Source: an uncultured Actinomycetota bacterium | GTDB taxonomy: Bacteria > Actinomycetota > Thermoleophilia > Gaiellales > Gaiellaceae | Assembly (NCBI GenBank): GCA_963768435.1 | Contig: CAVYIB010000017.1 | Coordinates: 8,923-72,922 of the forward strand | Direction: 5' to 3' | DNA: 64,000 bases | In this document: positions 29,991 through 38,893 of the stretch, piece after piece | How positions within the stretch are numbered: position 1 is the stretch's first letter | How the letters are laid out: the number at the start of each line of letters is the position of its first letter | Translations under genes and position numbers: made by a program | Notes under the pieces: model-generated | Told to the model about the DNA's origin: nothing | The model's database searches: none | Seen by the model: only the letters and a program-made list of their open reading frames with translations

Positions 29991-31346
29991 ATGGCCACCG
30001 TGGAGACCAACCCCGAGCTCGGGCAGCAGATCGTCGAGGACGCGAAGAAGCACGTTCTCTACTCGTGGTCGGTGCAGGATGCGATCTCCCCGATCGCGGT
30101 CGCGGGTGCCGAGGGGCGGTACTTCTGGGACTACGACGGCAAGCGCTACCTCGACTTCGCCTCGCAGCTCGTCAACGTCTCGATCGGCTACGGCCACCCC
30201 AAGATCGTCGCCGCGATCAAGGAGCAGGCCGAGACGCTCGCGACGATCGGGCCGCCGATGGCGACCGCGTCGCGCTCCCGGCTCGGGAAGCTCCTCGCCG
30301 AGGTCACGCCGGGCGACCTGTCGTTCTCGTTCTTCACGAACGGCGGCACCGAGGCGAACGAGAACGCGATCAAGCTTGCCCGCTGGTACACCGGCCGCCA
30401 CAAGATCGTCGCGCGCTACCGCAGCTACCACGGCGCCACCGCCGGGTCGATGACGCTCACCGGCGACCCGCGCCGCTGGCCGGCGGAGCCCGGGCATTCC
30501 GGGCGTCGTGCGGATGTTCGATCCGTACACCTATCGCTGCCCCGCGGGCCATCCCGATCCGTGCCCCGTCTGCACCGGCGCACCGCACCTCGAGGAGATC
30601 CTCATGTACGAGGGCCCCGAGACGGTCGCCGCCGTGATCCTCGAGACCGTCACCGGCACCAACGGGATCATCGTTCCGCCCGACGGCTACCTCCAGTCGA
30701 TCCGCGCAGGTCTGCGACAAGTACGGGATCCTGCTGATCGCCGACGAGGTGATGGCCGGCTTCGGACGCACCGGCAAGTGGTTCGCGGTCGACAACTGGG
30801 ACGTCGTCCCGGACATCATCACCATGGCGAAGGGGATCAACTCGGGCTACGTGCCGCTGGGCGCGATGACCGTCAGCCCGGCGCTCGCCGAGTGGGTCCG
30901 GCCGCGGTTCTTCGCCGGCGGGCTGACCTACTCCGGGCACCCGCTTGCCTGCGCCTCCGCCGTCGCTTCGATCGAGGCCTTCCAGGAGGAGGGCATCGTC
31001 GAGAACTCGGCCGCGATGGGCACCGTGTTCCGGAGTGAGCTCGCCCGGCTCGCCGAGAAGCACCCGTCGATCGGCGAGGTTCGCGGCCTCGGCTGCTTCT
31101 GGGGCCTCGAGCTCGTCAAGAGCCGCGAGACCCGCGAGCCGCTCGTGCCGTTCAACGGCTCGGGCGAGGCGGCGAAGCCCGTGCTGGCGATGTCGAAGCA
31201 CGCGCTCGGGAAGGGCCTCTATCTGATGACGCACTGGAACGTCGTGATGGTCTGCCCGCCGCTGACGATCACGCGGCGAGGAGCTCGACGAGGGGATCGC
31301 GATCCTCGACGAGGCCCTCTCGATCGCCGACGAGTTCGTCGTCTAG
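29991..31346 (+). CDS. Class-III (omega-amino acid / beta-alanine:pyruvate type) aminotransferase with three frameshifts (about 30492-30495, 30709, 31274)
   Basis: From ATG 29991 the reading is MATVETNPELGQQIVEDAKKHVLYSW...TGDPRRWPAEP. It continues through three further frames: IPGVVRMFDPYTYRCPAGHPDPCPVC...LQSIRA, then VCDKYGILLIADEVMAGFGRTGKWFA...PPLTIT, then GEELDEGIAILDEALSIADEFVV. The frames step 0,1,2,0. Confidence 0.8.
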
Positions 31347-31354
31347 GCGGTCTC

Positions 31355-32357
31355 TCAGACGGTCGTGGCGTGCCAGGCGCTGAGGAGCTCTCGCTCGCGC
31401 GCCTGCCCGAGCCCTGCGGGTCGCCGCGGGAGCCCGAACGCCCCGGCTGTACCGGGATCGAAGCCGGGGTCGCCCAGCACCGCGCGAATGGTGTCGACGA
31501 TCGGCCGGAGGGTGAGCCCCGCCGCGGTTGCGCGCCCGATGTCGATCGCGGGATAACCGCCCACCGCATCCGGGAGCCAGAGCGGCAGGTCCGTATAGGG
31601 CGCGACGTCGCGCTCCAGCAGAAAGGCATCGTCGACCCAGGTGAACTGCGCGTCCGAGCCGGTAATCGCGCGGCACTGGTCGAGCAAGGCCCCGAACGAG
31701 AGGGCCTCCGCGGGTCCGGCGACGTTGAAGATGCCCGCGGCCCGGGTCTCCGCCATGCGAACCGCCCACTCGGCGAGGTCGCGCACGTCGATCAGCCAGA
31801 CGCGCTGCTCGGGGCTTCCGGGAGCGAGCACCTCGCCACCCTCCGCCACCCGGCGGGGCCAGTAGCTGAAACGCCCGGTGTAGTCGTGCGGCCCGACGAC
31901 GAGCCCCGGCCGGACGATCAGCGTCCTCCCGGGCAGCGCGGCCTCGGCGGCCTGCTCGCAGAGCGCCTTCAGCGCTCCGTAGTGGGCGCCCACGTCCTCG
32001 CTGCCCGGATCCGCGGCTTGCCGAACCGGCGTGTCCTCGGTCAGCGTTCCGGCATCCTCGTACACCGAGATGCTCGACACGAACACGTAGCTCTCGACCG
32101 ACCTCGGCGAGCAGCTCCGCCGAGGCGCGGACCACGCGTGGGAGATACCCCGACGTGTCGATCGCCACGTCGAACTGCCGGCCGGAAAGCGCCGAGAGAT
32201 CACCCTCGCGGTCGCCCGTGAGGTGCTCCGCTTCCGGGAAGAGACCGGGGTTCGTGCGCCCTCGCGTGAACGTCGTGACCTCGTGTCCCCGGTCGAGCGC
32301 CGCCTGGACGAGGTGGCGGCCGACGAATGCCGTGCCTCCGAGAACGAGCAGCCTCAT
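31355..32357 (-). CDS. NAD-dependent epimerase/dehydratase family protein, frameshift near 32099-32102
   Basis: From ATG 32357 the reading is MRLLVLGGTAFVGRHLVQAALDRGHEVTTFTRG...RASAELLAE. It continues in ORF 31355..32203 (VESYVFVSSISVYED...). Confidence 0.75.
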
Positions 32358-32471
32358 CGCCGAACGATAGAGGCGAACGGTGCTCTGAGAACGATTGCGA
32401 CGCAGCGTGCCGCCGAGACGGGCATCATGAAGAGATGACGATCTCCCCCAAGCGCGTCTGCGAGGCCTGAC

Positions 32472-33248
32472 GTGGCCGCCCCCGCTGAGCGTCAGACGGT
32501 TTCTGGGTTCGGCGGCCGCTTCCTGATCTTCTACGTGCTGCTCGGCGCCGTGCTCGCAGCGGCCGTCACGGGGCTCATCATGGTCGCGCTGCAGCCGGGA
32601 GCGCCGAAGCCGCCGAAGTGGTCGACCTGGCGCCCGCAAAGCGGCAGCTCACAGAAGGTCGCCCAGGAGGTCTCCGACCACATCGCCGGCAACTACAAGC
32701 TCAACGCAGCAGGCGACCAGCTCGTCGCGATCGTCCCGGGCCAGCCCGAGGTGACGAGGAACACGGCGATCACGAGCGTGACGACGATCGGCATCCGCGC
32801 CTCACCGACGGCTCAGGTCCTGAGCCGCGTCGTTCCGACGAAGGGTGCTGTCCAGGTCCAGTTCTGCGGCCTTGGCGCCGCCTGCGCGATCTCGCGCGGC
32901 ACGCCGACGGCGGCGCGCGAGCGGCTCGTCCGGCGCGAGGCTCTCGAGCTCGCCCTCTACACCTTCAAGTACGCGCCGGCCGTGAAGGCCGTGATCGCGT
33001 ACATGCCGCCTCCTCCGGGACAGACGGCGTCCACGCTGCTCTACCTCGAGCGGAGCAACCTGGCCAACGAGCTGAAACAGCCGATCACGCGCACGCTTCC
33101 CCTGGCGAAGCCACCGCTCCCATCGCAGCCCGACCCGAAGGAGGCGTCGATCATCGACCGATTGACATTGCCTGTCGAGTACGGGTTCCAGTACCAGACG
33201 CTCACGAGCAACTCCGTCGGCATGATCCTGACGCCGACCTCCAGCTGA
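32472..33248 (+). CDS. Membrane-anchored hypothetical protein
   Basis: ORF 32472..33248 has a GTG start and a single N-terminal TM helix (FLIFYVLLGAVLAAAVTGLIMVAL). Confidence 0.55.
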   Translation: MAAPAERQTVSGFGGRFLIFYVLLGAVLAAAVTGLIMVALQPGAPKPPKWSTWRPQSGSSQKVAQEVSDHIAGNYKLNAAGDQLVAIVPGQPEVTRNTAITSVTTIGIRASPTAQVLSRVVPTKGAVQVQFCGLGAACAISRGTPTAARERLVRREALELALYTFKYAPAVKAVIAYMPPPPGQTASTLLYLERSNLANELKQPITRTLPLAKPPLPSQPDPKEASIIDRLTLPVEYGFQYQTLTSNSVGMILTPTSS

Positions 33249-33276
33249 GCGGCGCTCCGGTGGTCGCGGCCGTCTC

Positions 33277-34006
33277 CTAGCGAAACAGATCGCGGTCTGC
33301 CGGCATGACGAGATCGGTGGCGAGGCCGTCGCCTTCGAGCGCGTAGCCACGGACGATCACGACCGGGAGGCCGTCTGCCTTGCTCGCACGAACGAGATTC
33401 GCGGCGGCGGCGAGCTCGTCCGCGACGGCGATCTGCGAGGAACGGAGCGGAAAGCCCGCCCGATCGTGGGTTCCGCGGAGGTCACGAAGCGGCGCGAGCC
33501 CGGCGACGCCGATCGCGATGTCGGTCGTGCCCCGGCGGAAGGGGCGGCCGAAGGAGTCCGTGACGATGACGGCGACGTTCACGCCGGTGTGCTCGTGGAG
33601 CGTCGTGCGGATCCTCCGGGCGCTCGCATCCGAGTCAACTGGCAGCAGGATCACCGTGCCGGGCTCGGCCGCGTTCGAATGGTCAACCCCGGCCGAGGCG
33701 CAGACGAACCCCTGGTGGGTCTCGGCGATCACGAGGCCGCCGCGCGATCGCACCACGCGGGCCGTCTCGCGCAGGATGACCTCGAGCTGCGGGAGATTCG
33801 TCTCCGGGCCGGCGAGCTCCCGCGCGAGATCCGACGGCTCGATGCCGGCGAGCGCGACGACCCGACCCTCGGCCTTCGAGACGGCCTTCTGGGCGACCAC
33901 GACGACATCGCCGTCGTGCAGCCGGGCCGCTCCCGCGATCAGGGCACCGAGGTCCGTCACCCTCCGCGATCTCGGGCAGCCCCTCGACCGGGAAGATCTC
34001 GATCAC
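33277..34006 (-). CDS. cofE: Coenzyme F420:L-glutamate ligase, stand-alone CofE type, frameshift near 33955
   Basis: From GTG 34006 the reading is VIEIFPVEGLPEIAEGD. It continues in ORF 33277..33960 (DLGALIAGAARLHDGDVVVVAQKAVSKAEGR...SAGVD...VIVTDSFGRPFR). The start overlaps the npdG stop as GTGA. Confidence 0.85.
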
Positions 34007-34635
34007 TCGCCGGGCATGCCTGTGACGGTGATCCCGGCGTGAGCGCGGTACCGGCGGTTCAGGTTCACGATCACGGCAGTCAGCCCCTCGAGCGTGCGTG
34101 CGCTCGCGAGCGGCCCGACATCGAGCACGCGGCCGGCGACGACCCTCCCGGCCAACGCGAGCGCAAGTTCCTTCGCGGCCGGATCGTCACCGCAGATGAG
34201 CGCGTCCTCCAGAGGAGGGGCGTCGTCGAGGTTCGCCGCCGCGATCGAATGGAGGCCGGCGACGACCGGCCCGGCGACGAGATCCTGGATCCGCTCGGCG
34301 AGCGACCGGGCATCCGGATCCGGGCGCACGCCGTCCTTCGAGAAGGCGAGCACGCTCGCGACCGAGAGAAGCGGCGTCGTCCCGAGCACCTCGGCAACCT
34401 CCGACGCCGTGTCCAGTGCGCCGTCGGACTTCACCGCGAGCACGGCGAGATCGACGTTCCGCACCGCGTTCTGGTTCGTCGCTCCCTCGACGCTCGGGCC
34501 CAGCTCCGCAGCTGCGTCCCTGGCCCGGGATTCGTCCCGCGAGCCGATCACGATCTCGTCCTCGCCTGCGGCGACCAGGCGAGCCGCGAGCGCGCGGCCG
34601 AAGCTGCCGGTGCCGCCCAGAATCGCGATCTTCAT
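34003..34635 (-). CDS. npdG: NADPH-dependent F420 reductase
   Basis: ORF 34003..34635 begins MKIAILGGTGSFGRALAARL and has the family-typical length and C-terminus. Confidence 0.8.
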   Translation of the reverse strand: MKIAILGGTGSFGRALAARLVAAGEDEIVIGSRDESRARDAAAELGPSVEGATNQNAVRNVDLAVLAVKSDGALDTASEVAEVLGTTPLLSVASVLAFSKDGVRPDPDARSLAERIQDLVAGPVVAGLHSIAAANLDDAPPLEDALICGDDPAAKELALALAGRVVAGRVLDVGPLASARTLEGLTAVIVNLNRRYRAHAGITVTGMPGE

Positions 34636-34724
34636 CGGGCCACCTTCAGTCGCCCGAAGAGTCTCTGCTCCAGCACCGGCAAAGCCGGTGCCTCCGCTTC
34701 GAGCTCCGGCGAGCCTACGCTCAT
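34632..34724 (-). CDS. MSVG mini-ORF A (30 codons) / conserved leader cassette between cofD and npdG
   Basis: The peptide is [30 protein letters not shown]. Its ATG overlaps the cofD stop (ATGA) and its TGA overlaps the npdG ATG (ATGA). It is homologous at nucleotide level to 44207..44287 and 57655..57759. It contains the hairpin GCACCGGC-TTT-GCCGGTGC. Confidence 0.4.
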   Translation of the reverse strand: MSVGSPELEAEAPALPVLEQRLFGRLKVAR

Positions 34725-35647
34725 GCGGCCGCAGCGGCAGCGTCGAGCACGGCCTGTGCGAGCCGCCGGCGAGCGTCGTCGTCGACCATCAAGGTCCGGG
34801 CGACGACCGGGCGGATGTCGGCCGGGAGCTCGGCCCCGCTGTCTGCCTCGTCGATCACGAGCGCGTCGATCAGGCCCGGATAGCAGGCGGCCACAGCGGC
34901 CGGCCCCGTGCCGCCTGCGAGCCGCGCGAGCATCCTGTCGGCGGGGCCCTTGACCGCCCGTCCACCGATCAGCGGGCTGACCGCGACGCAGGGGACCGTG
35001 CGCCGCTCGAGCGCGGAGCGAATCTCCGAGACCGCCAGGATCGGCCAGATCGACACGTACGGGTTGCTCGGTGCGATCGCGATCAGGTCGGCAGTCTCGA
35101 TCGCCTCGAGCACTCCCGGAGCGGGTCGAGCCTCCGCCGCTCCCGTGAAGTGCAGGGCGTCGACCTCGTCGCGGTGGCCACGGGCAACGAACCACTCCTG
35201 GAACGAAAACGTCCCTGCAGGTGTCTCCACGAAGGTACGAAGCGGGTCGTCGGTTGCCGGGAGCAGCGTGCTCTCGATCCCGAAACCTGCGGCGAGCCGC
35301 TTCGTGACAGCCGACAGCGCGACCCCTTGATGCATGAGCTCACTCCTGAGCAGGTGCAGGCCGAGATCGCGATCTCCGAGCTGAAACCACGTCTCGCCGC
35401 CGAGCGCGGCGACCGTCGAGAGCGCGTTCCACGACTCCTCCGCGCGCCCCCAGCCGCGCTCCTCGTCGGCCACCCCACCAAGTGCGTACAGCACGCTGTC
35501 GAGGTCCGGCGACACGTGAAGGCCCAGCACCTCGATGTCGTCCCCCACGTTGCCTATGATGGCTACGTTGTCTGATTCGACTACAGCTACGACGCCACGC
35601 AGGAACCGCGCGCCGCCGACGCCGCCCGAGAGCACGGTCACGTTCAC
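34721..35647 (-). CDS. cofD: 2-phospho-L-lactate (or EPPG) transferase CofD/FbiA
   Basis: ORF 34721..35647 is intact. It carries [30 protein letters not shown] and [11 protein letters not shown]. Confidence 0.9.
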   Translation of the reverse strand: MNVTVLSGGVGGARFLRGVVAVVESDNVAIIGNVGDDIEVLGLHVSPDLDSVLYALGGVADEERGWGRAEESWNALSTVAALGGETWFQLGDRDLGLHLLRSELMHQGVALSAVTKRLAAGFGIESTLLPATDDPLRTFVETPAGTFSFQEWFVARGHRDEVDALHFTGAAEARPAPGVLEAIETADLIAIAPSNPYVSIWPILAVSEIRSALERRTVPCVAVSPLIGGRAVKGPADRMLARLAGGTGPAAVAACYPGLIDALVIDEADSGAELPADIRPVVARTLMVDDDARRRLAQAVLDAAAAAA

Positions 35648-35675
35648 GGGAGTTTCTGCTCCGGCGAGCCCGGGG

Positions 35676-36272
35676 TCATGCAGCGGCTCCGGCGCGTAGC
35701 GCGGTGAGGACGCTTCGCGTACGGGGGCCGACCCTGTCGGCGAGCCGCTCGAGGTCGGAGATCGTGTCTACGTCATCTACGAGATTCGGGGCCTCCACCC
35801 GCCGGGAAGGCCCGAGCGCGGCAAAGCGCGAGGCGCTGCCGGGGCCGAACACCGGAGCGAACAACACCGTCGAGGCAAGCCCGAGTGCGTTCGTCGTTCC
35901 GTCGGCCGCCGGTGCGAGGGCGAGCCCGTCGTCGGGGACCGCGCCCGCCAGGGCAAGCAGGTCACGGGCCGTGACACACGGGAGGTCGGCGTTGACGACG
36001 AGGAACGGGCCGACGCCACCGGACGCCATCGCTGCGGCCTCGAGCCCTGCGCGCACCGCCGCACCCTGCCCGCCACCGGGATCCGGCACGAACGTCGCGT
36101 CCCCGGCGACGGTCTCGGGCGGACCGACGACGAAGGTCGGACCGACGGTGGTGCAGGCGGCGAGCACGTCGGCGAGCATCGCAGACGTGAGCGCCGTCCG
36201 CGTGTCGCGGGGGAGCAGACCGAGCCGGCTCTTGCCTTTCGCCCCGCGGAAGGGAACGACTAGCGACGGCAT
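35676..36272 (-). CDS. cofC: Guanylyltransferase CofC/FbiD of F420 biosynthesis
   Basis: This is the tail of ORF 35676..36455, starting at ATG 36272. It begins MPSLVVPFRGAKGKSRLG and carries ADLPCVTARDL. Confidence 0.8.
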   Translation of the reverse strand: MPSLVVPFRGAKGKSRLGLLPRDTRTALTSAMLADVLAACTTVGPTFVVGPPETVAGDATFVPDPGGGQGAAVRAGLEAAAMASGGVGPFLVVNADLPCVTARDLLALAGAVPDDGLALAPAADGTTNALGLASTVLFAPVFGPGSASRFAALGPSRRVEAPNLVDDVDTISDLERLADRVGPRTRSVLTALRAGAAA

Positions 36273-36351
36273 TGGGCCGGACACTAGCGCCCGGATGCCG
36301 GGTGGGAGAGCCGCCGAGGGCCGCTCGGAGAGACCTGGGTGACGTGCCGGA

Positions 36352-36630
36352 TCAGGCCGCGTCGGCGCCGGGCGAGCGCTCGATCCACTCGCGCAGGTCG
36401 AACCAGTGTGATGCGCGAAGGGCGGCCGCGACCGCCGGATCGGTGTGCTCGGCATAGAACACGTGCCGGTCGAGGTCGCAGCAGATCGCGACGGAGTCGA
36501 GATCGACGCCCTCGATCGTCACGACGGCATCGCCGGGCAACTGGGCCTCCCGCACGGTGTAGTGCTTGAACTGAAGCTCCGGTGCGAGCTCCATCAGTTG
36601 AGGCCAATCGGGGCAGGTACGCGAGCTCAT
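36352..36630 (-). CDS. Hypothetical 92-aa protein
   Basis: ORF 36352..36630 starts 3 nt after the wzt stop. Its composition is balanced rather than Arg/Pro-rich. There is no family assignment. Confidence 0.45.
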   Translation of the reverse strand: MSSRTCPDWPQLMELAPELQFKHYTVREAQLPGDAVVTIEGVDLDSVAICCDLDRHVFYAEHTDPAVAAALRASHWFDLREWIERSPGADAA

Positions 36631-36633
36631 CGG

Positions 36634-37860
36634 CTATCCGATTGGCGCGGAAGCGGCTGTTTCCTGCACGGTCCAGCGACCTTCGAGCAGCACCGCGCCG
36701 GTCTCGGATCCCGCCGGGAACACGAAGAAGCGGACGGCGTCCTCCAGCGAGTGCAAGAGCCGTCCGCCCTGCGCCTCGATCAGCGCGCACTGCAGGTGGA
36801 AGTGGCCGTCGGCGAGCGGCAGGCGATCCATCTCGAACCTCAGCACGCGCTCACCGGGGCCCGAGCCCCAGCCGAGCGGCTCCGTCGCCTGCGTGACGCC
36901 GCCGAGCACCACGCCTGCCCTGTCGCGAAGCTCGAGCGAGATGGTCGGCGCCGCGATATCGGTGTCGGCCACGGCGACCAACTCGACGACGCACGGCTCT
37001 CCGGAGGCGAACGAGGCCGGCATCCGCTCGTCGCCATCGCCGTCGAGCAGCCGGGCCGAGGCGATCCGGGCTTCCCCGCTGCCCCACTCCCGGAGGCCGG
37101 CCGAGAGCTCGTCCGGACTCCGCTCGTCGGCGAGCAGCCGGCGGTAGGCGCCGATCGCCTCACGGGTCGAGCCCTCGAAGAACATCGAGCCCTGCCGCAG
37201 GAGCACCGCGCGGTCGCAGAGCCGCTCGACCGCCTGGGCGTCGTGGGAGACGAAGACGATCGTCCCGCCGCGGCTCTTGAACTCGTGGATCTTGCCGAAG
37301 CACTTGCGCTGGAATCCCTCGTCCCCGACGGCGAACACCTCGTCGAGCAGCAGCACGTCGGCCTGGATATGCGCGGCGACGGAGAAGCCGAGTCGCATGT
37401 ACATCCCGGACGAGTACGTCCTCACGGGCAGGTCGATGAACGCCTCGAGCTCGGCGAACGAGACGATCTCGTCCATCAGCTCACGGATCCGCGCCCGTGA
37501 GAGCCCGTAGATCGAGCCGTTCAGGAAGATGTTCTCGCGGCCGGTGAAATCGAGATGGAACCCGGCGCCCAACTCGAGCAGCGAAGCCACCCGCCCGGCG
37601 GCGACGATCCGGCCCGACGTCGGCCGGAAGATGCCCGACATCAGCTTGAGCAAGGTCGTCTTCCCGGAGCCGTTGCGGCCGACGAGGCCGAGCGCCTCCC
37701 CGGGCGCGACCTCGAGCGAGACGTCGCGAAGGGCGACGACCTCGCTCGTCGCGGCACGTCCCCGAGCGACGATCGTGTCCTTGAGGGTGCGGTACGGCCG
37801 CTCGGAGACCTTGAAGCGCTGCGTCACCCTGTCGACGACGATGTGGCCGGGGGTACTCAC
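36634..37860 (-). CDS. wzt: Polysaccharide-export ABC ATP-binding protein (Wzt/TagH type) with a C-terminal extra domain
   Basis: ORF 36634..37860 has a GTG start. It carries GRNGSGKTTLLK, YSSGMYMRLGFSVA and LLLDEVFAVGDE. About 160 further residues follow (ARLLDGDGDERMPASFASGEPCVVELV...), resembling Wzt C-terminal glycan-binding domains. Confidence 0.85.
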   Translation of the reverse strand: MSTPGHIVVDRVTQRFKVSERPYRTLKDTIVARGRAATSEVVALRDVSLEVAPGEALGLVGRNGSGKTTLLKLMSGIFRPTSGRIVAAGRVASLLELGAGFHLDFTGRENIFLNGSIYGLSRARIRELMDEIVSFAELEAFIDLPVRTYSSGMYMRLGFSVAAHIQADVLLLDEVFAVGDEGFQRKCFGKIHEFKSRGGTIVFVSHDAQAVERLCDRAVLLRQGSMFFEGSTREAIGAYRRLLADERSPDELSAGLREWGSGEARIASARLLDGDGDERMPASFASGEPCVVELVAVADTDIAAPTISLELRDRAGVVLGGVTQATEPLGWGSGPGERVLRFEMDRLPLADGHFHLQCALIEAQGGRLLHSLEDAVRFFVFPAGSETGAVLLEGRWTVQETAASAPIG

Positions 37861-37876
37861 GATCTCGCCCTCACGG

Positions 37877-38755
37877 TCACGCCGCGTCGCCCGCTAGTCG
37901 CCTGTTGACGATCTCGGCGAGGATGTCGACGAAGTCCGGATCGGCGTTCGGCATCGTGATGCGGCTGACCTCCATGCCGAGCTCGGCCGCCTTCTCCTGC
38001 GCCTCGATGTCGATGTCCCAGCGGATCTCCAGATGATCGGACACGAACCCGACGGGGCACACGAGGACCCGGTCCGTGCCGGCCGCGTGGAGCGCCTCGA
38101 GGTGATCGAGGATGTCCGGCCCGAGCCACGGCTCGCCGGTCGGCGACTCGCTCTGGAACGAGAACGACCAGTCGGTCACGCCCGCCTCCTCGGCGACGAG
38201 CGCCGAGGTCTCGAGGAGCTGGTCGCGGTACGGGTCGCCCAGCTCGAGGATGCGAGCCGGCAGCGAATGGGCGGTGAACACGACGTGCCGGTCGGTGCCG
38301 CGGATCCGGTGGGCGAGGAAGTCGATGAAGCCCGGATCGTCGTGCCAGCTGTCGACGAAGAGCAGCTCCGCGCGGTTGTCGAGCGCCTGCGCGAGCTGGT
38401 CGCGGTAGCCGGCGATCGAGAGCGCCGAGTAGTGCGGCGCGAGCACCAGGCCAACGACGGTGTCGACGCCTGTCCCGACTGCTGCGTCTGCGGCCTCGGC
38501 GATGTGCGGCGCCCAGTGCTTCATGCCGGTGAACACCGCGAGGCCGAGCCTGTCCTGCAGGCCGGCGCGGGTCTCCTCGGTGATCGCGTTCAGCGGGTTC
38601 GACTCCTCGATCCCCAGCCGCCGGTAGCGGCTGACGAGATCCTCGAGGTTCTCCGGCGAGATCGGCCGGCCGCCGCGGATGTCGGCGTAGTACGCCGGAA
38701 CGTCATCCAGACGCTCGGGCGAGCCGTACGCCATCAGAACGACCGCAGCGCTCAT
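37877..38755 (-). CDS. hemH: Ferrochelatase (or coproporphyrin ferrochelatase)
   Basis: ORF 37877..38848, with ATG at 38755. It carries MSAAVVLMAYGSPERLDDVPAYYADIRGGRP, FTAHSLP and CPVGFVSDHLE. Confidence 0.9.
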   Translation of the reverse strand: MSAAVVLMAYGSPERLDDVPAYYADIRGGRPISPENLEDLVSRYRRLGIEESNPLNAITEETRAGLQDRLGLAVFTGMKHWAPHIAEAADAAVGTGVDTVVGLVLAPHYSALSIAGYRDQLAQALDNRAELLFVDSWHDDPGFIDFLAHRIRGTDRHVVFTAHSLPARILELGDPYRDQLLETSALVAEEAGVTDWSFSFQSESPTGEPWLGPDILDHLEALHAAGTDRVLVCPVGFVSDHLEIRWDIDIEAQEKAAELGMEVSRITMPNADPDFVDILAEIVNRRLAGDAA

Positions 38756-38893
38756 ATCGAAAACGCTAGCCGACGACCGAGGGAGCGCGGATCTCGAGGC
38801 CGTGGGGCGAAGCGTCGCCGTAAGGACCCGTCCCGAGCCCCCACCCACCCTGGGGAAGAGAAGAACGGTAGCGCGGGCGCAAGGTGTCCTTCG

